A stretch of DNA of 64,000 nt, taken from the NCBI GenBank assembly GCA_023423275.1, contig JAFAFW010000066.1:6285-70284 (forward strand), written 5' to 3'. The position numbers and the translations under genes are program-made. Each line of letters begins with the position of its first letter. Position 1 is the first letter of the stretch. The stretch is from Pseudomonadota bacterium. GTDB lineage: Bacteria > Pseudomonadota > Alphaproteobacteria > Rhizobiales > Hyphomicrobiaceae. The notes beneath the pieces are model-generated. The model ran no database searches, was not told where the DNA came from, and saw only the letters and a program-made list of their open reading frames with translations. Below, in pieces: positions 47,942-58,105 of the stretch.

Positions 47942-48427
47942 CTAACCGACAGCCTCTATCATCGTTTCCAGGGCCTTGGCCGCAAAGGCACGCATATTCG
48001 CCTGCCGGTCCGCGTGACCCGTGCGCAGTGTCAGCACCCGTTCGACAGGACCACTCACGGCGATGCACGTGAGTCCGGCTGGATCGCCATAACGGTTGCC
48101 GGTCGGGCCGGCGGCGCCGGTTTCGGCGAGACCCCACGTGGCTCCATGGCGCTCGCGCACGGTACGCGCCAGGAGAGCCGCATACGGCTCGCTCGACGAT
48201 CTGAGGCCGAGGCGTGTCATGTCGGCGACGGAAATTCCGAGCAGGCTTTCTCTGGCGGCAGCCGTGTAGGGAACAGCGCCGCCGAGGAAATAAGCGGAGG
48301 CACCCGGCTGGGCGAGCAACGCGGCGCTGATCAATCCACCCGCGGAGGATTCGGAGACTGCGAGCGTGTGCTTTCGCGCTCGGAGCCGCTCAGCAAGATC
48401 ATCCACGAGCGGCAAGAGAAGATCCAT
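47942..48427 (-). CDS. CinA/PncC-family protein
   Basis: ESSAGGLI, PGASAYF and ETGAAGP motifs. Confidence 0.88.
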   Translation of the reverse strand: MDLLLPLVDDLAERLRARKHTLAVSESSAGGLISAALLAQPGASAYFLGGAVPYTAAARESLLGISVADMTRLGLRSSSEPYAALLARTVRERHGATWGLAETGAAGPTGNRYGDPAGLTCIAVSGPVERVLTLRTGHADRQANMRAFAAKALETMIEAVG

Positions 48428-48461
48428 GGCGATGTACCCCGGGGGTGAGTGACGGGCTGGC

Positions 48462-49178
48462 CTATGCTTCGGCCCGATGCGCATCGGCCATCTCACCCAT
48501 GCTCGTGAAGCGGAAGTCATAACGGGGCATGAGCGCGGGCGTCATGGTCGCGCCGAAGCCGCCGGCGGTATGACGCCTGTGAATCCAGCAAGAGGCCAAT
48601 CCGAACTGGTTCGCGGGCACATGATCGTGGAACAAGCTCTCCGCCGTATGCAGGATATCGCCTTTCTCCACCTTCAGAGTTGCCAGCTTGCTCAGCATAT
48701 ACTCGAAATTGCGCGGCGACGGCTTGTACGATCCGACGTCCTCTGCCGTGTAGATGGCGTCGAATTCGATTTTCAGGCGATCATTACTGTGGCTGAAGCT
48801 TTCGTTGTCGATATTCGACAGAATGACGAGCTTGTAATGCTGTTTCAGATACTGGAGCGCATCGACCGTATCCGGGAATGCGGGCCAGTCGCGGATCGAA
48901 TTTCCGTAAGCTTTGCACTCCCGGATGGGCGCCGATACACCCCATTCCTCAGCCAGACGCTTGTAAATGACCGCGAGCAGGTCGCCATAGCGCATTCCGG
49001 GGGTGGTGATCTGCTGCGACGATTCGTGACGAGCATGAGCCTCGAGAATTTCGTCGCGCGAGAGGGAGCGGCCAACCCGACTGGTCAATGGCTCCAAGGC
49101 CTTGATCATGCCGCTCTCCCAGTCGATCAATGTTCCATAACAGTCGAAAGTGAGCACTTTGAAATCGTGGAGTTTCAT
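48462..49178 (-). CDS. Haloacid dehalogenase type II
   Basis: [20 protein letters not shown] and SLFHD motifs. Confidence 0.9.
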   Translation of the reverse strand: MKLHDFKVLTFDCYGTLIDWESGMIKALEPLTSRVGRSLSRDEILEAHARHESSQQITTPGMRYGDLLAVIYKRLAEEWGVSAPIRECKAYGNSIRDWPAFPDTVDALQYLKQHYKLVILSNIDNESFSHSNDRLKIEFDAIYTAEDVGSYKPSPRNFEYMLSKLATLKVEKGDILHTAESLFHDHVPANQFGLASCWIHRRHTAGGFGATMTPALMPRYDFRFTSMGEMADAHRAEA

Positions 49179-49423
49179 AGAGGCGCCCCGAAATAAAAAT
49201 GTATGGGCTACCTTATGATGGAGACACAGTGTCCCATGCAAGCGTTAGCGTAGGCGATGCCTGAAGTGTGAGCGGTTGCTCGATCCGCGCTTGACCTACA
49301 GGCCTGTTTTGTGATTTTTCTCCATCGAAGTTTCCAGGCGGGGTTTATTCCCTGCCAGACGGTCTATTCCTGATCGAACAGAGGACCCCGCGTGGCCATC
49401 GGCCCGAGGGCCACGGACGTGCC

Positions 49424-49549
49424 ATGAAAGTCAAGAATTCATTGAAGTCTCTGCGTGCGCGCCATCGCGACAACCGTCTGGTTCGGCGTAAGGGCCGCGT
49501 CTACGTGATCAACAAGACGCAGCGCCGGTTCAAGGCGCGCCAGGGCTGA
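49424..49549 (+). CDS. rpmJ: 50S ribosomal protein L36, zinc-independent (YkgO) type
   Basis: [41 protein letters not shown], 41 aa; not in the ORF track. Confidence 0.97.
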   Translation: MKVKNSLKSLRARHRDNRLVRRKGRVYVINKTQRRFKARQG

Positions 49550-49624
49550 TTTCAGCTGTCAAATTCTATGTGATTTGCCTTCGCCAAGCTTTGACGCCTG
49601 CGCGAAGTGCCTTATGTTGACCGG

Positions 49625-50344
49625 ATGTGCAACTTGATCGCCGTCCGGTCGGCAGGTGCTGGGATTGCGCTTGCCGCCTTCGCTCTCCTCAATGTTCTGC
49701 CAGTCTCGGCTCAAGGGACTGGCGCGACTCCTCCGGCGCCGACGCGGCCCGATGCTGCGCCTAAGGCGGACGTCACGCCTCAGACACCAGATGGCGCCGT
49801 GGAGGATGAGGCCAAGGCGACGCCGAAAATCGCCGAGACCATCCCCGACAGCGCCATCGAGCGCGCCAAGATGCTCGACAATTTCTATGCCCTTCTGGCG
49901 ACGGCCCAGGATGAGCGCACGGCCGAGCAGACGGCAAGTGCCATCGCGCGGCTGTGGGCCGTCTCAGGCAGCGATACGGTTACGGTTTTGATGGCTCGTG
50001 CGATCAAGGCGGTGAAGGACAAGGACAACGCTCTGGCGTTGCGTCTCCTGGATGCCGTCGTCGATCAAGCGCCCGATTACGCCGAAGGCTGGAGCCAGCG
50101 GGCGCACCTCCTGTTTCTGGACAATCAGGTCCAGCGTGCCGTCGGTGATCTGCGTCGTGCTCTGGCGCTCGACCCCAACCACTTTCGCGCTCTGACGGCC
50201 CTTGGGCATATTCTGCGCGAGGTGGGACAGAAAAAGGGTGCGCTCACGGCCTACCGGAAACTGCTGGAAGTCCATCCCTACGCCGACGGCGCCCGAAAAG
50301 CCGTCAATGATCTCCAACGCGAAGTTGGCGGTCAGGGTATTTGA
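49625..50344 (+). CDS. TPR-containing secreted protein
   Basis: Signal-like N-terminus; PDYAEGW and ALALDPNHF TPR motifs; start uncertain. Confidence 0.85.
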   Translation: MCNLIAVRSAGAGIALAAFALLNVLPVSAQGTGATPPAPTRPDAAPKADVTPQTPDGAVEDEAKATPKIAETIPDSAIERAKMLDNFYALLATAQDERTAEQTASAIARLWAVSGSDTVTVLMARAIKAVKDKDNALALRLLDAVVDQAPDYAEGWSQRAHLLFLDNQVQRAVGDLRRALALDPNHFRALTALGHILREVGQKKGALTAYRKLLEVHPYADGARKAVNDLQREVGGQGI

Positions 50345-50435
50345 GAGGTGTGCCTGGCGTTCTGAGCCGGCCCTCAAGGCTGAAATGTCGGATCCGCAGT
50401 TGCAAGAACGGCCAGAGCACAGACTGCCGGAAAAA

Positions 50436-50450
50436 TTAACCTCGGGTTAA
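50436..50450. promoter_or_regulatory. CtrA-type TTAA-N7-TTAA site upstream of mazEF
   Basis: TTAA-CCTCGGG-TTAA within the palindrome ATTAACC-N3-GGTTAAT. Confidence 0.45.
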
Positions 50451-50545
50451 TGCGACGCTGGCCTACTTGCGCCGTATATACTATGTATCAACATGCGTGC
50501 GAGAGTAGGGTCCTTCGCAGGGGACAAACAGAGTTGGAGAGCACC

Positions 50546-50794
50546 ATGCAGGCCACCATCAGCAAGTGGGGCAATAGCCTAGCGCTGCGTTTGCCGAAGC
50601 ATCTTGCGGATCAGGTGCGTCTCGTCGAAGGGGCGACAGTAGAACTGGAAATCGCAGATGGCTCATTGAAAGTCACACCGGCCAGAAAGCGTTTCAAATT
50701 GGCGGACCTGCTCGAGGGCGAGACGCGCAAAACAGACGATAATGTGACTTCCGAGTTCGATTGGGGCAAGCCTAAAGGAGACGAGGCTTGGTAA
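50546..50794 (+). CDS. mazE: AbrB/MazE antitoxin
   Basis: KWGNSLALRLP, LADLL and DWGKPKGDEAW motifs. Confidence 0.93.
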   Translation: MQATISKWGNSLALRLPKHLADQVRLVEGATVELEIADGSLKVTPARKRFKLADLLEGETRKTDDNVTSEFDWGKPKGDEAW

Positions 50795-51144
50795 GAGACG
50801 TTGTCTACCAGCCGGATCGCAGCGATTTCATATATGCTGATTTTGATCCGCAGGCGGGCACAGAGCAGGCTGGTCGACGGCCTGCTCTCGTCTTGTCCCA
50901 TCGTAATTTCAATATTGCGACAGGTCTCGCCGTTGTGTGTCCGTTGACGAATACGCAGACGGCTAGCAGGTTTGAAGTTCCTGTGCCCCGCGGGACGAGG
51001 CTGACCGGGGTCGTTCTTTCCCATCAATTCCGGACAATTGACTGGATTGCTCGGAACGCTGCTTTTCACAGCAAAGCGAATGAAGAACTCATGTACGAGG
51101 TTCTTGGTCGCATTGAAGCAATACTCAGCATGGAGCTTCTGTGA
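50788..51144 (+). CDS. mazF: MazF/PemK mRNA interferase toxin
   Basis: DFDPQAGTEQAGRRPALVLS and CPLT motifs; TTG start overlapping mazE. Confidence 0.93.
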   Translation: MVRDVVYQPDRSDFIYADFDPQAGTEQAGRRPALVLSHRNFNIATGLAVVCPLTNTQTASRFEVPVPRGTRLTGVVLSHQFRTIDWIARNAAFHSKANEELMYEVLGRIEAILSMELL

Positions 51145-51207
51145 ATAGCTCGCAGAGTTTCAACAAGACCTTCAATCTTGCGATCGAGTTGGTTCGTACG
51201 GCTAAAA

Positions 51208-52653
51208 TCAGCGCCCCTCGGCAACCGGAGCGCCGTTCTCGTCGAGGAAGGCCATGCGCACCATATTGGTGGTGCCGGGGGACCCCAGCGGGACACCGGC
51301 CGAGATGATGATGCCTTCGCCCGCCGCTGCGAACTGCTCCTCGAAGGCGATGTGGCAGGCCTTGCGCACCATATCGGCGAGGTTTTCCGGATCGCCCGTC
51401 AACACGGAGTGAATGCCCCAGACGACGGCGAGCTTGCGGCCCGTCGCCAGCACGGGCGTTAGTCCGATGACCGGCAGCCCGGGGCGCTCGCGGGCGACGC
51501 GCAGGGCCGTTGATCCTGTCGCCGTATAGCAGATGATGGCCGCGAGCTTCACCGTGCTGGCGATCTTGTGGACGGCGGCCGCAACTGCGTCCGCACCCGT
51601 TGCCTGCGGCACGGTCTGTGTCGCGTGCACCAGCGCGTCGTAACTGGGATCCTTCTCGGCCTCGATGGCGATGCGGTCCATCATGCTGACGGCTTCGAGC
51701 GGGAACTGGCCCGCTGCAGACTCGGCCGACAGCATGATCGCATCGGCGCCGTCGAACACGGCGGTAGCGACGTCGGAGACCTCGGCGCGCGTCGGCACCG
51801 GCGAGGAAATCATGCTTTCCAGCATTTGCGTCGCGACGACGACCGGCTTGCCGGCAGCGCGCGCCTTGCGCGTGATCTCCTTTTGCAGCCCGGGCACGCG
51901 TTCGACCGGCATTTCGACGCCGAGATCGCCGCGCGCCACCATGAAGCCGTCGCCTGCTGCAATAATCGCGTCGAGATCGGCAATGGCCGACGGCTTTTCA
52001 ATTTTCGCCATGATGGCCGCGCCCTGGCCGATCAGCCGGCGCGCGAGAACCAGATCCTCGCCGCGCTGAACGAACGACAGTGCAATCCAATCGACGCCGA
52101 GCCTGAGAGCATAGTCGAGATCGGCGCGATCCTTTTCGGTGATCGGATTGATCGGCAGGATGCTGTCGGGCATCGCCACGCCCTTGCGGCTGGCCAGCCC
52201 GCCACCGACCACGACTTCCGCGGTGATCTCGCGCACGCTGCGGTCGACGACGCGCATGCGCAGTTTTCCATCATCGAGCAGCAGTGTGTGCCCGGGCTCG
52301 ACCGCCTCGAAGATCTGGGCATGCGGCAGAAACACCCGCTCCGCCGAGCCCGGCTCCTCCTTGCGGTCGAAGCGGAACAGCGAACCTTCGTTGATGAAGG
52401 CCCGTCCGCCGGCGATCTCGCCGATCCGGAATTTCGGCCCCTGCAGGTCGCACAGAATGCCGATCGGGCGCTTGAACTTCAACTCGGCGTTGCGCACGGT
52501 CGCGTGCAGCTTGCGGGCCGTGTCGTGCGAGGTGTGACTCATGTTGATGCGGAAAACGTCGACACCCGCCTCGAACAAGCGTTCGAGCATTTCCGGCTCT
52601 GACGATGCCGGGCCAAGCGTGGCTACGATCTTGACCCTACGCTTCCGCCTCAT
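51208..52653 (-). CDS. pyk: Pyruvate kinase
   Basis: KIVATLGP, DLQGPK, AKIEK, MVARGDLGVE and ATQMLESM motifs. Confidence 0.96.
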   Translation of the reverse strand: MRRKRRVKIVATLGPASSEPEMLERLFEAGVDVFRINMSHTSHDTARKLHATVRNAELKFKRPIGILCDLQGPKFRIGEIAGGRAFINEGSLFRFDRKEEPGSAERVFLPHAQIFEAVEPGHTLLLDDGKLRMRVVDRSVREITAEVVVGGGLASRKGVAMPDSILPINPITEKDRADLDYALRLGVDWIALSFVQRGEDLVLARRLIGQGAAIMAKIEKPSAIADLDAIIAAGDGFMVARGDLGVEMPVERVPGLQKEITRKARAAGKPVVVATQMLESMISSPVPTRAEVSDVATAVFDGADAIMLSAESAAGQFPLEAVSMMDRIAIEAEKDPSYDALVHATQTVPQATGADAVAAAVHKIASTVKLAAIICYTATGSTALRVARERPGLPVIGLTPVLATGRKLAVVWGIHSVLTGDPENLADMVRKACHIAFEEQFAAAGEGIIISAGVPLGSPGTTNMVRMAFLDENGAPVAEGR

Positions 52654-53129
52654 TGTGCCTTCGCTCCCGCTTCTTCCGGATCCGTGAGGCGGATCGTCCA
52701 ATCCTTGGCCTCGCCCGTGTCCACTTCGAAGAAGCCCGTACGCCGATATCCCCGCCGCTGGCAATCCCTAACATCGCGGATCGCAAAAGACTTGTCCTGC
52801 GTGCACATGAAGTTCGTGCCCGCCCACTCGCCTCCGCGGTCGTAATCGACAGCATAGACGTAAATGAACCGGCTCGGCACTGCGCCTTTGAGAAGCGTCT
52901 CACAGGTCTGGGAGGCAATATTCCACCACCCTTCGGTCGCCCAGCCTTTCGGATCCTGATAGCCGATCGCAACGCCGACACGGCTCGCCGACGTGTTGCA
53001 CATCTTCAGGTCGGCGAGCGCTGTCGCGCCGCCTGTGCACACGAACAGACACGCGGCGAGTGCGCGCACCCACACGGCCATCGGACGGGAAAGTTTCGGA
53101 TAGATGCTGCTCACGGTGTGTTGGGTCAT
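52650..53129 (-). CDS. DUF1036 family protein
   Basis: MCN, VAIGY, TEGWWNI and GFFEVDTG motifs. Confidence 0.85.
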   Translation of the reverse strand: MTQHTVSSIYPKLSRPMAVWVRALAACLFVCTGGATALADLKMCNTSASRVGVAIGYQDPKGWATEGWWNIASQTCETLLKGAVPSRFIYVYAVDYDRGGEWAGTNFMCTQDKSFAIRDVRDCQRRGYRRTGFFEVDTGEAKDWTIRLTDPEEAGAKAQ

Positions 53130-53177
53130 GCCGGAAGTGCAACCGACCTGTTTCGTGCGGCCGAAAACCGGCCGGAT

Positions 53178-54485
53178 TCAAGGGTCGATCAGGATAGCGC
53201 GGAAGTCATTCACATTGGTTTGGGTCGGGCCGCATTGAACGAGGTCGTTCAGTCGACTGAAGTAATTGGTGGAGTCGTTGTTGGCCAGGAACGTGGCGGC
53301 TTTGAGATCGAGGGCCGATGCTCGCGAAAGTGTGTCGGGAAAGACCATCGCGCCTGCCGGATCGTCCGCATTTCCGCCGCCACCGTCCGCGCCATCGGTG
53401 TCGGCGGCGAGCGCCGAGATACCGGGGGCGCCGTCGAGCCCGATGGCGAGGCCGAGTGCGTATTCCTGGTTCGGGCCGCCGGCGCCGTTGCCGCGCACCG
53501 TCACGGTGAATTCACCACCGGAAAGCAGTGCTGTTCGCTCTCCGCCTGCCAGCGCTTGCTTCGCGAGATCGGCGTGCGCCCGGCCGACGTCGCGTGCTTC
53601 GCCCTCAAGGGAATCACCGAGGATTTTCACGCGATATCCGAGGGCTTGCGCCTGCTCACCCGCGGCGGCCAACGACAGGCCGGGAGCTGCGATCAGCCTG
53701 TAATCGATATGCGAGAGCGCGTCCGCGCCGGGCTTCAGTGTTTCGTTGGCAGGATCGTTCAGGGCGGCCTTGATTTCATCGGATGGCACGACGCCGAACC
53801 GAGCGAGCACCTCGCGCGCGTCGGCCAGTGTGGTCGGATCGCCGACCGTCGGTCCGGAACCGATCGTTGCCGGTTCGTCGCCCGGAACATCCGAGATCGC
53901 GAGCGTCAGCAGACGAGCCGGATGAACGGCGGCGACCAGCTTGCCACCCTTGATGCGCGACAAATGCTTGCGGACGCAGTTCATTTCGTTGATGCGCGCG
54001 CCGGATTTCAGCAGCGCCTTGGTCAGCGCCTGCTTCGCATCGAAGCTGACGCCGGCAACGGGCGCGTTCCACAGTGCCGATGCGCCGCCCGAGAGAAGGA
54101 CCAGTACGATATCATTGGGCCCAGCCGTTTTGGCCAGCGTGAGCGTCCGCTCTGCGGCGGCGGCGCTGGCCGCATCAGGCACCGGATGCCCTGCTTCGAT
54201 GACCTCGATCAGCTCCGTCGGCAGCACATATCCGTGACGCGTCGTCACGAATCCGCTGACACGATCCGCCTCGCCGTGCTGCTGGTAGAACTGTTCGGCG
54301 GCTACGGCCATGGCGGCCGCGGCTTTGCCGGCGCCGACAACGATGATCCGGCCTCCGGCCGGTACGCGGGGAAGATGCTGCGGCAAGCAACGGGCAGGAT
54401 GGGCGCGCGCAACGGCCGTCTTATAAAGGTCCAGCAGCGTTGACCGTTGATCTGCTGTGCTGTTGCGCTGATTGGTCTCGGTCAC
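53178..54485 (-). CDS. Glycerate 2-kinase (MOFRL family)
   Basis: GAGKAA, SGGASAL, KGGKL, SGGE, DTDG and TNVNDFR motifs; GTG start assumed. Confidence 0.9.
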   Translation of the reverse strand: MTETNQRNSTADQRSTLLDLYKTAVARAHPARCLPQHLPRVPAGGRIIVVGAGKAAAAMAVAAEQFYQQHGEADRVSGFVTTRHGYVLPTELIEVIEAGHPVPDAASAAAAERTLTLAKTAGPNDIVLVLLSGGASALWNAPVAGVSFDAKQALTKALLKSGARINEMNCVRKHLSRIKGGKLVAAVHPARLLTLAISDVPGDEPATIGSGPTVGDPTTLADAREVLARFGVVPSDEIKAALNDPANETLKPGADALSHIDYRLIAAPGLSLAAAGEQAQALGYRVKILGDSLEGEARDVGRAHADLAKQALAGGERTALLSGGEFTVTVRGNGAGGPNQEYALGLAIGLDGAPGISALAADTDGADGGGGNADDPAGAMVFPDTLSRASALDLKAATFLANNDSTNYFSRLNDLVQCGPTQTNVNDFRAILIDP

Positions 54486-54604
54486 CGTGCTACCTCTGTT
54501 CCTCGTCGTCGTCCGTGGTCCCGGGCTGCGATCATCTGCGGGGATTGGCTTTGTCGCGTCAAGGTTCGATGATGCTGCCGTTGCGGGAAACGGGGCAAGG
54601 CTGG

Positions 54605-55486
54605 ATGCGGGATAAGTCGAAGAGCGTGATCGAAGCGGCAAGCGCTGAGTCCTTCACGGTGCGGCCGGGGCGCGCAGACGCTGGCCTGGTGCTGGTGTGC
54701 GATCATGCCGACAACGCATTTCCGCCTGGCTATGGGACGCTGGGACTGGAAGAAAGCCAGCTCAAGCGGCACATCGCCTACGACATCGGTGCCGCGGAAA
54801 TCACGCGCCAGCTCAGCAGCATGTTGTGTGTCCCGGCGGTGCTCAGTCATTTTTCGCGCCTGCTGATCGATCCGAACCGCGGCGAGGATGATCCGACGCT
54901 GATCATGCGCTTGTCCGACGGTGCTATTGTGCCCGGCAATCGCGTTCTGACCGTGGAGGAGCGCGAAAAGCGGCTACAATTCTATTATCGGCCCTATCAT
55001 CAGGCCATCGACCGGGTTCTCGATGCCTGCATCGCGACGGGCGTGCCCCCGGCAATCCTCTCCATTCACAGCTTCACAGAAAGCTGGAAGGGCTTTTCGC
55101 GGCCCTGGCACGCTGCCGTCCTGTGGGATCAGGATGGGCGTCTGCCTCGTCCGCTTCTCGATGCCCTGCACGCCGAGGGTGATCTGATCGTCGGCGATAA
55201 CGAGCCTTACACCGGCCGCCTGAAGGGCGATACCATGTGGAAGCATGGCACAGAACGTCGGCTGGCCCATGCGATCATCGAGGTGCGTCAAGATCTTATC
55301 CGCGATCTCGACGGCCAAACCGCGTGGGCGAGGCGTCTGGCCAAGATCCTGCAGGCCATTGCCGGACGGCCTGATCTGCACTTCGATCTGCCAGAGTCCG
55401 CCGGTCCGCCTCCTGCAGCAGATAGCCGGAATGCCTATGTAAAAAAGCCAGACGCAACAGGAGGCCGATATGCCCGCCATCGATGA
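54605..55486 (+). CDS. N-formylglutamate amidohydrolase family protein
   Basis: CDHA, HIAYDIG, SRLLIDPNR, IHSFT and EVRQD motifs. Confidence 0.9.
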   Translation: MRDKSKSVIEAASAESFTVRPGRADAGLVLVCDHADNAFPPGYGTLGLEESQLKRHIAYDIGAAEITRQLSSMLCVPAVLSHFSRLLIDPNRGEDDPTLIMRLSDGAIVPGNRVLTVEEREKRLQFYYRPYHQAIDRVLDACIATGVPPAILSIHSFTESWKGFSRPWHAAVLWDQDGRLPRPLLDALHAEGDLIVGDNEPYTGRLKGDTMWKHGTERRLAHAIIEVRQDLIRDLDGQTAWARRLAKILQAIAGRPDLHFDLPESAGPPPAADSRNAYVKKPDATGGRYARHR

Positions 55487-55778
55487 AAAGACCCGGACCG
55501 AGCTCGAAGCCGCCGCTTTCCGCAGGCTCGTCGCGCATTTGCGTCAGCGAACCGATGTGCAGAATATCGATCTGATGAACCTGGCCGGATTTTGCCGTAA
55601 CTGCCTCGCCAACTGGTACCAGGAGCAGGCGAATGCCGACGGCATCGAGATGAACAAGGACGAGGCCCGCGAGACCGTGTACGGCATGCCGTACAAGGAT
55701 TGGCAGGCCAAGTATCAAAAGGATGCGACGCCCGAGCAGCAGGTCGCGTTCGCAAAGGCGAAGCCCCACAGCCATTAG
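55470..55778 (+). CDS. DUF1244 family protein
   Basis: DVQNIDLMNLAGFCRNCL and YGMPY motifs. Confidence 0.9.
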   Translation: MPAIDEKTRTELEAAAFRRLVAHLRQRTDVQNIDLMNLAGFCRNCLANWYQEQANADGIEMNKDEARETVYGMPYKDWQAKYQKDATPEQQVAFAKAKPHSH

Positions 55779-55965
55779 GTGATGCATAGATGTATCAGTG
55801 GGTTGTGGGGATAACTCAGCGTGCGAATGCGGGCGCGCCTTGCTGACGCCATCGCAGGCCGCTAGCTTCTCTTTGGATGTGCCCGCAAGTCGAAGGCGCA
55901 CGTCGAGTTGGGCGGAGTCCGGTTCTGGCGCCCTGTGTTCGTAGATCAATTGACGGGGTAGCGGG

Positions 55966-56247
55966 ATGACCACGCTTCAGGGCGCGGCGCAGAATCAGTT
56001 GCGCCAGTTTATCGAGCAGATCGAGCGTCTCGAGGAAGAGAAGAAGGCGCTCTCGGACGACATCAAGGACAAGTTCGCGGAAGCCAAGGCTGTCGGTTTC
56101 GATGTGAAAGCGCTACGTCAGGTTCTTCGCCTCAGGAAGAAGAGCAAGACGGATCGGCAGGAGGAAGAGGCGATCCTCGAGGTCTACCTGCACGCGCTTG
56201 GCATGCTCGACAATGAGCCCGCGGCGCCGATGATGGCTGCCGAATAG
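55966..56247 (+). CDS. gapR: DUF2312 / GapR nucleoid-associated protein
   Basis: [17 protein letters not shown]...[10 protein letters not shown]...YLHALGM. Confidence 0.88.
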   Translation: MTTLQGAAQNQLRQFIEQIERLEEEKKALSDDIKDKFAEAKAVGFDVKALRQVLRLRKKSKTDRQEEEAILEVYLHALGMLDNEPAAPMMAAE

Positions 56248-56387
56248 AGCGGTCTGGCATCTACCCGCACTCCTTGCCATCGCGGACGCAAGTCGCGCAA
56301 GCACGAGCTGCGAAAGTGCGAATAAATCGAGATGCATAGGGTGGGCCGCCCGCAGCCTGTCTGATTATGCTTGTGGACACGTCCTGT

Positions 56388-56487
56388 TGTCGTCCCGCAA
56401 CGTCGCGCGAGCGAAATATCCGCGGCTAAGGCGCGGTTTTGCGGCCTCCGGGTCGTGGCTCTGCGTTTCTTTCCGGCCGGAATGACA
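56388..56487. repeat. Palindromic REP/MITE-like intergenic element, copy 2 (inverted relative to copy 1)
   Basis: Ends TGTCGTCCCG...CGGAATGACA; the reverse complement shares CCGGCCGG, CGCAGAGCC, GACCC and ATTTCGCT with 3088-3169. Confidence 0.78.
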
Positions 56488-56527
56488 AACGGAACGGTGC
56501 GAACGGTGCGATCTCGGTCGGGAAGCT

Positions 56528-58105
56528 CTAACGCGCACTCAAGCGCACCGTGCGTTCGTTGAGGCCGCTGGGGGCGGCCGGCTTGCCGTCGAAGACCTCT
56601 GCGAGAGGTACGGCCTCGCCTTGAAACTGCTGGGCCCAGAGCAATTGGGCGACCTGTTGCCCGGGACGAAGTCTCATCGGCGGAAGCTCGCCAGCCTGAT
56701 CCAGCATCTCGAGGGTTTTCGCGACGTCCGGATGTTCCATGCGCGCGAGTGCGGGATCATCGGCCGATGCTGTCTCGGTCATATACGGAGCGAGCGGGAA
56801 GGGACGGTAAGAGAGTTCTTCCGGATGTTCCTCATCGAACGCTGGCGCAACGGCCCAATCGGACTGACTGACCGATGCGGCGGCACTGCTCCATCCGCTG
56901 GCCCATCCGAACCGGCCTTGCGCGGCACGTGAAGGTTCTTGTGCCGGGATATCTGTCGCCAAGGCGGCGAGCTTCTGTCCGATTGGATCGGTTGCCGGCC
57001 GCGGCGATGATCCCGTAAGGCTTTGCTTCGCATTGCCCGCCGTGTCGGTACTCAGCGAAGCGGGCGTCACCGCAGACGCAAGCGGCAGGCTAGGCATACT
57101 GGACATGGCGGCGAGCTGCGCCAGTTTCAGCTTGTCATCATTGGAAGGCCCACGCGCCACTCGTGACGGACGCTCAACCAGTGTGGGTTGCGCGACCAGC
57201 TTTGGCGGAGGGGGCGGCGATGTGGTGGCCGACCACGCGGATGACTTTGCAACGGGAGCGGTTGGCGTCATGGCGGCGACGCGCGTGCGAGTCTGCGCCG
57301 CCGACGGCGGGTTCGTCGCCTTTGCCAAGGCGACTTGCGTCGCGGGATTATGGGCGACTCTGCGCAGGTTCTGAACCTCCGCGACCTCGACTGCGAGGTC
57401 ACGATGTTGGCTGCGGGCCGCCTGCACGTCAGTGGGCGTCAGGGGACGGCCGTCGGCGGGGATGTGATCCGTATGGCCGTTTGGGAACAGCAGAGCCAGC
57501 TCGTGGCGCGGCAGTCGCGGCCACGCGCGGACGCGTCCGGTGTCGAGATGCACGAACGGGATCGCGGAGGTCGGATAGTAGCCGACGCCGCCTTTCTCAC
57601 GAATGAGACCGGCATACCGCAGCCGTCGAACCGGAACGTCGGGAAAATGCACGTCGGCAGCCTTGCCGAGAATGTGGCGGCTCTGGCTGGCCTGCCCGCC
57701 GACGGTCGAGCGCAGCATGTTGTTGGTGCCGCGTGACCTGTAACCCGAAATGATATGAATGGGCTCGTGAGAACCGAGTTCGGTGTGAACCTCCCAGAGC
57801 AGGTCGATAAGCTCCGGGTCCATTGTGGTCTTTTCGTTCTTGCGCCAGTCACGCAGGAGCCAGTTGATCCGCTCCATGGCCTCGGGAACGAACTTGCCGT
57901 TCTTCTTGAACTCGACGGTCAGCGTTTCTTTCGTGTGGATGTTATACAGCGAGATCGTGCGGGTCTGAGGAAGTGCCGCCATCGGTCCGGGCGCAATTGC
58001 TGCCAGCAAGATCACAGCAATGGCACCGGCAGCCAAGCCCAGTCCACGCGCACGCAATGCGGCTGTCCCCCGTGTTGGCCACCTCCCTGACCGGATCACC
58101 CGCAT
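56528..58105 (-). CDS. DUF882/YcbK (peptidase M15-like) protein with long low-complexity C-terminus
   Basis: LRDWR, ISGYRS, SRHILGKAAD and FVHLDTG motifs. Confidence 0.9.
   Translation of the reverse strand: MRVIRSGRWPTRGTAALRARGLGLAAGAIAVILLAAIAPGPMAALPQTRTISLYNIHTKETLTVEFKKNGKFVPEAMERINWLLRDWRKNEKTTMDPELIDLLWEVHTELGSHEPIHIISGYRSRGTNNMLRSTVGGQASQSRHILGKAADVHFPDVPVRRLRYAGLIREKGGVGYYPTSAIPFVHLDTGRVRAWPRLPRHELALLFPNGHTDHIPADGRPLTPTDVQAARSQHRDLAVEVAEVQNLRRVAHNPATQVALAKATNPPSAAQTRTRVAAMTPTAPVAKSSAWSATTSPPPPPKLVAQPTLVERPSRVARGPSNDDKLKLAQLAAMSSMPSLPLASAVTPASLSTDTAGNAKQSLTGSSPRPATDPIGQKLAALATDIPAQEPSRAAQGRFGWASGWSSAAASVSQSDWAVAPAFDEEHPEELSYRPFPLAPYMTETASADDPALARMEHPDVAKTLEMLDQAGELPPMRLRPGQQVAQLLWAQQFQGEAVPLAEVFDGKPAAPSGLNERTVRLSAR

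Noticed and set aside
52653..54443. 596-aa + strand ORF
   Set aside because: Antisense shadow of the DUF1036 and glycerate kinase genes
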